Shown here piece by piece: positions 59,373 through 64,000 of a DNA stretch of 64,000 bases. The notes under the pieces are model-generated. The model made no database searches and had not been told where the DNA came from. It saw nothing but the letters and a program-made list of their open reading frames with translations. A program made the position numbers and the translations under genes. Each line of letters begins with the position of its first letter. Position 1 is the stretch's first letter. Source of the stretch: Diplonema japonicum (lineage: Eukaryota > Protista > Euglenozoa: Diplonemea); the NCBI GenBank assembly GCA_964019335.1, contig OZ025697.1, forward strand, positions 1-64,000, written 5' to 3'.

Positions 59373-60551
59373 TTACAAACTCCTATGGCTGTTCCTAGAT
59401 GACCCGGGCTCCAGCAGTTCTGGAACCAATTGACTACCTTTTGCTTTCGTTTCCGTGATGTACTTCCCGTTGATGGGGTTTGCGTTGATTCGGTATCTTT
59501 TAGGGCGGGACCCCGGGAGCTCGGGGGTGCTGTTGAGGTCTCTTCCGCCACGGGTGACCTCGTTGGTGTACATTTGTTTGAACTTTTTATTGGCGGGGGT
59601 GGTGAACTGTTCGAGTTCAGGCACATCGACACCTGGCATGGGAAGAGGCATGTCGATTCTGTGCCAGGGCGTGATGTAAAGCGGCTCTTCTTTTTCTTCT
59701 TTCGGAAGCGGGAGAGGAACCCGCAGGGACCATTGGCAACCAGGTGTCATGCACTTAAACTTACTCCCTCCAAGCCCATTTTTCTCAACATCCTTGCAGT
59801 TGCTCCCGTACAAGGCAACGGTGACCTGTTCGTTGGGGTTGATGTCACGGAGGGCAACTAAAGACCCGTCCTCGGCAAATGTCGCGTTCGGCCAACACGA
59901 GTGGTTGATAAGCGTGGGCGCGACAGGGTACAGGCTGCCCTTGAACACGTTTGATTTATACTTGAAAAGACTGACCCAGAAGTCCTCCTTGTCCCACACG
60001 GCAGATGTGATGCCGGTGATGTCCACTATGTTTTCATATGCAATGTCCATGATATTCTGCCCCACGGGGTCTTCCCGGTAGTAGTCGTCTACGTATGAGT
60101 AGTAGCTAAGGGGTGCGACGGTGTTGGGGGACTGCTTGTTGCACCATGCAACGCCCCATGAAGCGATGAGGGTCATCCACGTGATGTCTAAATCTATGTT
60201 CTTATGCACCATATACGCGATGACCTTGTCCACAGGCTGCTTGCTGTGGTACGCCGTGTCCCTCGCCGTTGCGTCCAGAACCTGTTGTATTTTCTCCTCC
60301 ACTCCGAACTCCTTCAACGCTTCGCGAAGCACTCTGGGCATCTCGTCGAGCTCCATGCTCATGAACGGGAGATCATACATAACCAACGACCCGCCCCCTA
60401 CCGCTTCCCTGGCGAAGATACCGTTGCCCATGCCGGGTTCCCACCTCTTCTCCACTTTCAACCCTCTCATGACTTGTATCAGGAACGCATCCTGACGAGG
60501 CATGAACACCTCTTGGTGGTACCGCAACCTTGCTGCGCTTCGCCGGAACAT
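59373..60551 (-). CDS. SET-domain methyltransferase-like protein, predicted mitochondrial presequence
   Basis: GNGIFARE, INHSCWPN and VALRDINPNEQVT; starts MFRRSAARLR. Confidence 0.85.
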   Translation of the reverse strand: MFRRSAARLRYHQEVFMPRQDAFLIQVMRGLKVEKRWEPGMGNGIFAREAVGGGSLVMYDLPFMSMELDEMPRVLREALKEFGVEEKIQQVLDATARDTAYHSKQPVDKVIAYMVHKNIDLDITWMTLIASWGVAWCNKQSPNTVAPLSYYSYVDDYYREDPVGQNIMDIAYENIVDITGITSAVWDKEDFWVSLFKYKSNVFKGSLYPVAPTLINHSCWPNATFAEDGSLVALRDINPNEQVTVALYGSNCKDVEKNGLGGSKFKCMTPGCQWSLRVPLPLPKEEKEEPLYITPWHRIDMPLPMPGVDVPELEQFTTPANKKFKQMYTNEVTRGGRDLNSTPELPGSRPKRYRINANPINGKYITETKAKGSQLVPELLEPGSSRNSHRSL

Positions 60552-61035
60552 GTTCCCCCTTTGCTGTAGTGGGAGTTGGATGTTGAGAGAACGAAGAAAA
60601 AAAAGGAAAGAAACGACAAAGGTTTTTCGGGAAACGGGGAGGGAGAGAGGGGCTGAAAAGGAGACCGCACCGGACCGGGACATAAAATAAGGGGAATATG
60701 CAGGGGGGGGGAAGGGAGAAAGGGGGGGGGGGGGGGGGGTGAACTAAAGAGAAAAAACACAACAATCATAAGTCTCTTCCGCTTTCTTTATTGCATCGCT
60801 TCTTCTTCTTCTCTTATTTCATTCTCCCCCCCCCCCCCCCCCCCGGGGTGGGGGGGAACAACCTTTGCTCAAGTCAAATCCTCTCTCCAACACCGATGTA
60901 AAAAAAAAAAAAAAAACCACCCTCCCCCAACCCCCGAACAACCTTCATTCTTCTCTTTAAAATATATCTCCATTTCTCTCAAAACACTATTTGTCTCATT
61001 AACTAAACGCCACCCCCCCCCTTTTTTTTCTGTTA

Positions 61036-62436
61036 TCAAACGGAAGTTGCAAGACTCATGCAATCGATAAACTCCGGACTCGTAAAGAACGAGTCAGGCA
61101 GTGACGGGTGTATAGAGGGTGTAGGGGTGTGCAAATGAGCAGCGATCAAATACCTCGTAATGTATAGCCCAGTGAAGGGCGATGAGAGGAAGGCGGTGAG
61201 AGAGGGGTGTATCTTGGAGTCATAGAGGATGTCAAGGAGCTTTTCATGCACGGCTTCAAGAACGCGCAAGAGTTTTTCCTGAAGCTCGAGGATGTCTCGC
61301 TCGGGGTTTTTAAGTTTCAAAGCCGCGGAGACGGCAAGAACGGGGTTGGTGACGTAGTTGCTGAGCTCTTGCGTTTCGTCGATGAAAGCTACGAAAGGGA
61401 CACCACCCCGTGAGCAGAGACCATCCGACTTGTACCACTCCTCCATCCCAGACCCTTCTAAAAGCAGCATGAAAGGCTTCCGTGAGGCGAACGCAAGGTC
61501 GCATGGTGTCAAACCCTCTTCACTACACAGCTGGATACCATTGGGCCCCGCGTTTGCGTTAATGTACAGAAAGGCTGATGTGTTGGGCTGCAGCGATGCC
61601 ACCACCGCTGCTTGATGCGCCACAAGGTCCTCCGTCGTGGGCCTGTACAGCGTGTGCTTGTTCACGTTCTTCGGTGAACCTTTCTCCACTTCCAACGACT
61701 GTACAAACCGGACCATTTTCATCGGGAGTTCTGACAGCTTGACGCACCCCTCTTGGTTCATGCAGAACACCGCCTCTTGCAACATGAGATCCCCCAAACC
61801 AATGGGAACCGAAGTGCGTTTGATACTTATGTGTGCAGAGTCCTTCAGCGCTTTCAGAACCTGCTCCCCCTCCGCGACCACCAAATGGTACCCCTCGGCA
61901 CCTTCCAAAGGAGAGAGGCCGCTTAATATATCAACAAGCTCTCTGATGCTCGCGACGTTGGACTCGAAGTCCTCCGCCTTGTCCAGGTACATGCACACCA
62001 AGCAGTACCGTGCAAGGAAACGGATCTTACGTTTGATGTACGTGACGTGTCGTTGGGAGATGTGCGGTGGGAGTTCGAAATAGGCACGGACCTGGACTGT
62101 GTTGTAGTAGGTATATGCTGTCCAGAGGGACTCGTGCTCTGACCTTCTGAGGTATGCGTATAGGTGCAGTTGCCCTAAGCACGATGCTATCTCGCCTATT
62201 TCCCATCTTTTGATGTTCTTCACCCTCGCCAGTGCAGCCCGCTCTTGGTACTGCAGCTTCCATAGCTCGTTCAGCATCTCGAATGCTTGTTCCACAAACG
62301 GGTCAGCGCTCTGCCCCCTCGTTGCGTACAACGGAATCCCCTCAAGCACCTGCACCGCTCGTTTGCTCTTGCTCATCAAAGATGTGTACTTCTTGAGAAT
62401 GATGCCATCCCGCTCCCGCTCGTCGTCACCTCCCAT
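61036..62436 (-). CDS. SCAI-like protein
   Basis: LWKLQ and IKRWEIGEIAS.LGQL...YLR.SE match the SCAI N-terminal signature. Confidence 0.8.
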   Translation of the reverse strand: MGGDDERERDGIILKKYTSLMSKSKRAVQVLEGIPLYATRGQSADPFVEQAFEMLNELWKLQYQERAALARVKNIKRWEIGEIASCLGQLHLYAYLRRSEHESLWTAYTYYNTVQVRAYFELPPHISQRHVTYIKRKIRFLARYCLVCMYLDKAEDFESNVASIRELVDILSGLSPLEGAEGYHLVVAEGEQVLKALKDSAHISIKRTSVPIGLGDLMLQEAVFCMNQEGCVKLSELPMKMVRFVQSLEVEKGSPKNVNKHTLYRPTTEDLVAHQAAVVASLQPNTSAFLYINANAGPNGIQLCSEEGLTPCDLAFASRKPFMLLLEGSGMEEWYKSDGLCSRGGVPFVAFIDETQELSNYVTNPVLAVSAALKLKNPERDILELQEKLLRVLEAVHEKLLDILYDSKIHPSLTAFLSSPFTGLYITRYLIAAHLHTPTPSIHPSLPDSFFTSPEFIDCMSLATSV

Positions 62437-62550
62437 CTTCCTCTCCCTCGTCTCCTTTGGTGTGTGTTTAGGGGGAATGGGAGGGGTGTTAATGATAAAC
62501 CTAGATATGTAAACATCCTACTTCGAGTGTAACCTTGCCATATCCTGTGT

Positions 62551-62973
62551 TCACATTTTCCTTCCCGTGCCCCAGTCGTGCTGCTTTGGGGTAGCTGTTG
62601 TGGATGTTGTGCAGTATAAGGAATGCGATGTTCTGTGTACGTTTGACATCTCTTCGATTGCCCATGCGATGCAGGCGCCGATCCCTCCACAGTTCCACGC
62701 GTCGGTGGGGGACATGGCACCGCAGACGAGCTGCTGGGAAACGCCGCATGCGGCACCCGCTACTGCGCCGCCTGCACAGCCTGAGGCGCAGGCCCGAGGT
62801 GCGCTCTCCAACACTGCTTTCTCGGTGGTCTCCGCGACCTCTTTATCTATTTTCGAGCATCCTCGTGCTATCCTAACTCCTGCAACGGGTATTAACACCC
62901 CCAGTCCTACAACCATGCCACCCCCTGCTGCTCCAAAACACATTCCTGTCACGGCAACTGTTATAAACCCCAT
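62551..62973 (-). CDS. Small Gly/Ala/Cys-rich membrane protein
   Basis: 140-aa ORF with glycine-zipper-like hydrophobic segments, co-oriented with its neighbours. Confidence 0.55.
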   Translation of the reverse strand: MGFITVAVTGMCFGAAGGGMVVGLGVLIPVAGVRIARGCSKIDKEVAETTEKAVLESAPRACASGCAGGAVAGAACGVSQQLVCGAMSPTDAWNCGGIGACIAWAIEEMSNVHRTSHSLYCTTSTTATPKQHDWGTGRKM

Positions 62974-63039
62974 CCTTGCCGCTGTTGTTGCAGTGTCGTG
63001 GTGTCTGAACTAACAAGAAAAAGGTGGGGAAGGGAGGGA

Positions 63040-63076
<37 letters not shown>

Positions 63077-63151
63077 AAAACTGTTCCTTCAAATAGTGTA
63101 ACGACAAAAAGAAGAGAAGAAGAAGAAAAAAAAAAAGTACCCTTAATGCCA

Positions 63152-63346
63152 TCACGAGCCCATCCCGTTGTGCAGAATCATCGAGAACACGTCGTCCTTG
63201 GACATCCCACCGATGGTCCACTTCCCATTCGAGGCTGCGTAGTGGTGCCTCGATTCGTCAGGCATGACAGAAGGGCGGGCAGGGGCTGAGGCAACGGGGA
63301 CAGAAACAGGAGGAGACGCCGCGACAGGAGGCACAATGGCAGGCAT
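63152..63346 (-). CDS. Small hypothetical protein or terminal exon
   Basis: Coding-like GC-rich block MPAIVPP...HNGMGS*. Confidence 0.35.
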   Translation of the reverse strand: MPAIVPPVAASPPVSVPVASAPARPSVMPDESRHHYAASNGKWTIGGMSKDDVFSMILHNGMGS

Positions 63347-63486
63347 GTTTTCTTTGTTTTTGTGTAATATACCTTTGCAAGAGGTAGACCGCCTACACAC
63401 CGAGATGGAGAATATTTAAAAAAAAAAAAAATCGGAGGTACATTTCTTTTGGGGAGGACTAGAGGGTACAAAAAAAAAAAAAAAAA

Positions 63487-64000
63487 CTATCTAAACCCAA
63501 CGCTTACGTCAGGCGTCGAGCACCTCGGACCCCTTATGGGAGATATGTGTTTGTGCATACTTCGTGAAGGGGGCGGTGTTCCAGTGGATTCGGGGTTCCG
63601 TGATATAATTTGCTTCTCGGCAGGTGTGAGGTACTTCGATATGATGGTTGAGGACCATTCGTTGGCGTTGCTGATGCTACAGATCAGCCTGTGAACAAAA
63701 TCAGTTGTGTACTGGTCGGGCAGGGTGCCTGTGGCCTCCTCGTACGCCTTGTACAGCACAGTGTTGAGGTCCCACAAGGACTTAATGATATCAGTACGCG
63801 TGCCAGTCAGAAAGAGAACTTCATCCGTCAGCCCTTGCACAATGCCTTTCATTGTGGCTGTGTCTTTTTTGAATTCTTCACGCGTGTCTCTGCCATCTTT
63901 CAAACACCCTACCAGTTCCCTCTCTAGCCCTTCATAAGCTTCGCATGCTGATTTTGTTATCGCTCCCAACGCACCTTCCACCTTGAACACGTTCCTTATC
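63487..64000 (-). CDS. Partial helical hypothetical protein (5' end outside window)
   Basis: Frame is open to the window edge with coding composition. The 3' end may be spliced at GTAAGC. Confidence 0.6.
   Translation of the reverse strand, partial: IRNVFKVEGALGAITKSACEAYEGLERELVGCLKDGRDTREEFKKDTATMKGIVQGLTDEVLFLTGTRTDIIKSLWDLNTVLYKAYEEATGTLPDQYTTDFVHRLICSISNANEWSSTIISKYLTPAEKQIISRNPESTGTPPPSRSMHKHISPIRGPRCSTPDVSVGFR

Noticed and set aside
1-64000. Stop-codon reassignment or non-canonical introns
   Set aside because: ORF breaks in host genes are explained by GT-AG introns, and TAA, TAG and TGA all terminate genes.
1-64000. SL RNA, rRNA or intact tRNA genes
   Set aside because: No match to a euglenozoan spliced-leader exon or rRNA was seen by eye, and the tRNA-like units are degenerate.

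Overview
Eukaryotic DNA, most likely a euglenozoan of the diplonemid type (inferred from gene architecture, not from a database match). About 25 protein genes all lie on the minus strand in compact blocks, with stop-to-next-ATG gaps as short as about 56 nt. That layout fits polycistronic transcription with SL trans-splicing. Many genes carry tiny GT(ATG)...AG introns, mostly 31-48 nt, which break the supplied ORFs; several genes were rebuilt by hand, including a CCCH zinc-finger gene the ORF track misses. Recognisable products: a FAM172/Arb2-TPR fusion, VASt, FAM227, two RING-H2 paralogues, an MFS sugar transporter, DPH6, TspO, an RRM protein, a large Cys-rich/ATPAP/multi-TM surface protein, WW-GNAT, a class II HDAC, FYVE, a ligand-less SOD-fold protein, SET and SCAI. 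The gene blocks are separated by homopolymer-rich islands full of mobile DNA: two piggyBacs, a hAT relic with a MITE nested in its terminal TA, a foldback element, a TIR element carrying tRNA-like sequences, and several MITEs. The most unusual signal is a set of at least 13 LINE-derived or LINE-like ends, all co-oriented with the genes. Nearly all retain a stem-loop (with compensatory changes in two families), a spacer of about 8-13 nt and then oligo(T), not poly(A), on the coding strand. They sit in T-tracts, including intronic and putative trans-splicing pyrimidine tracts.
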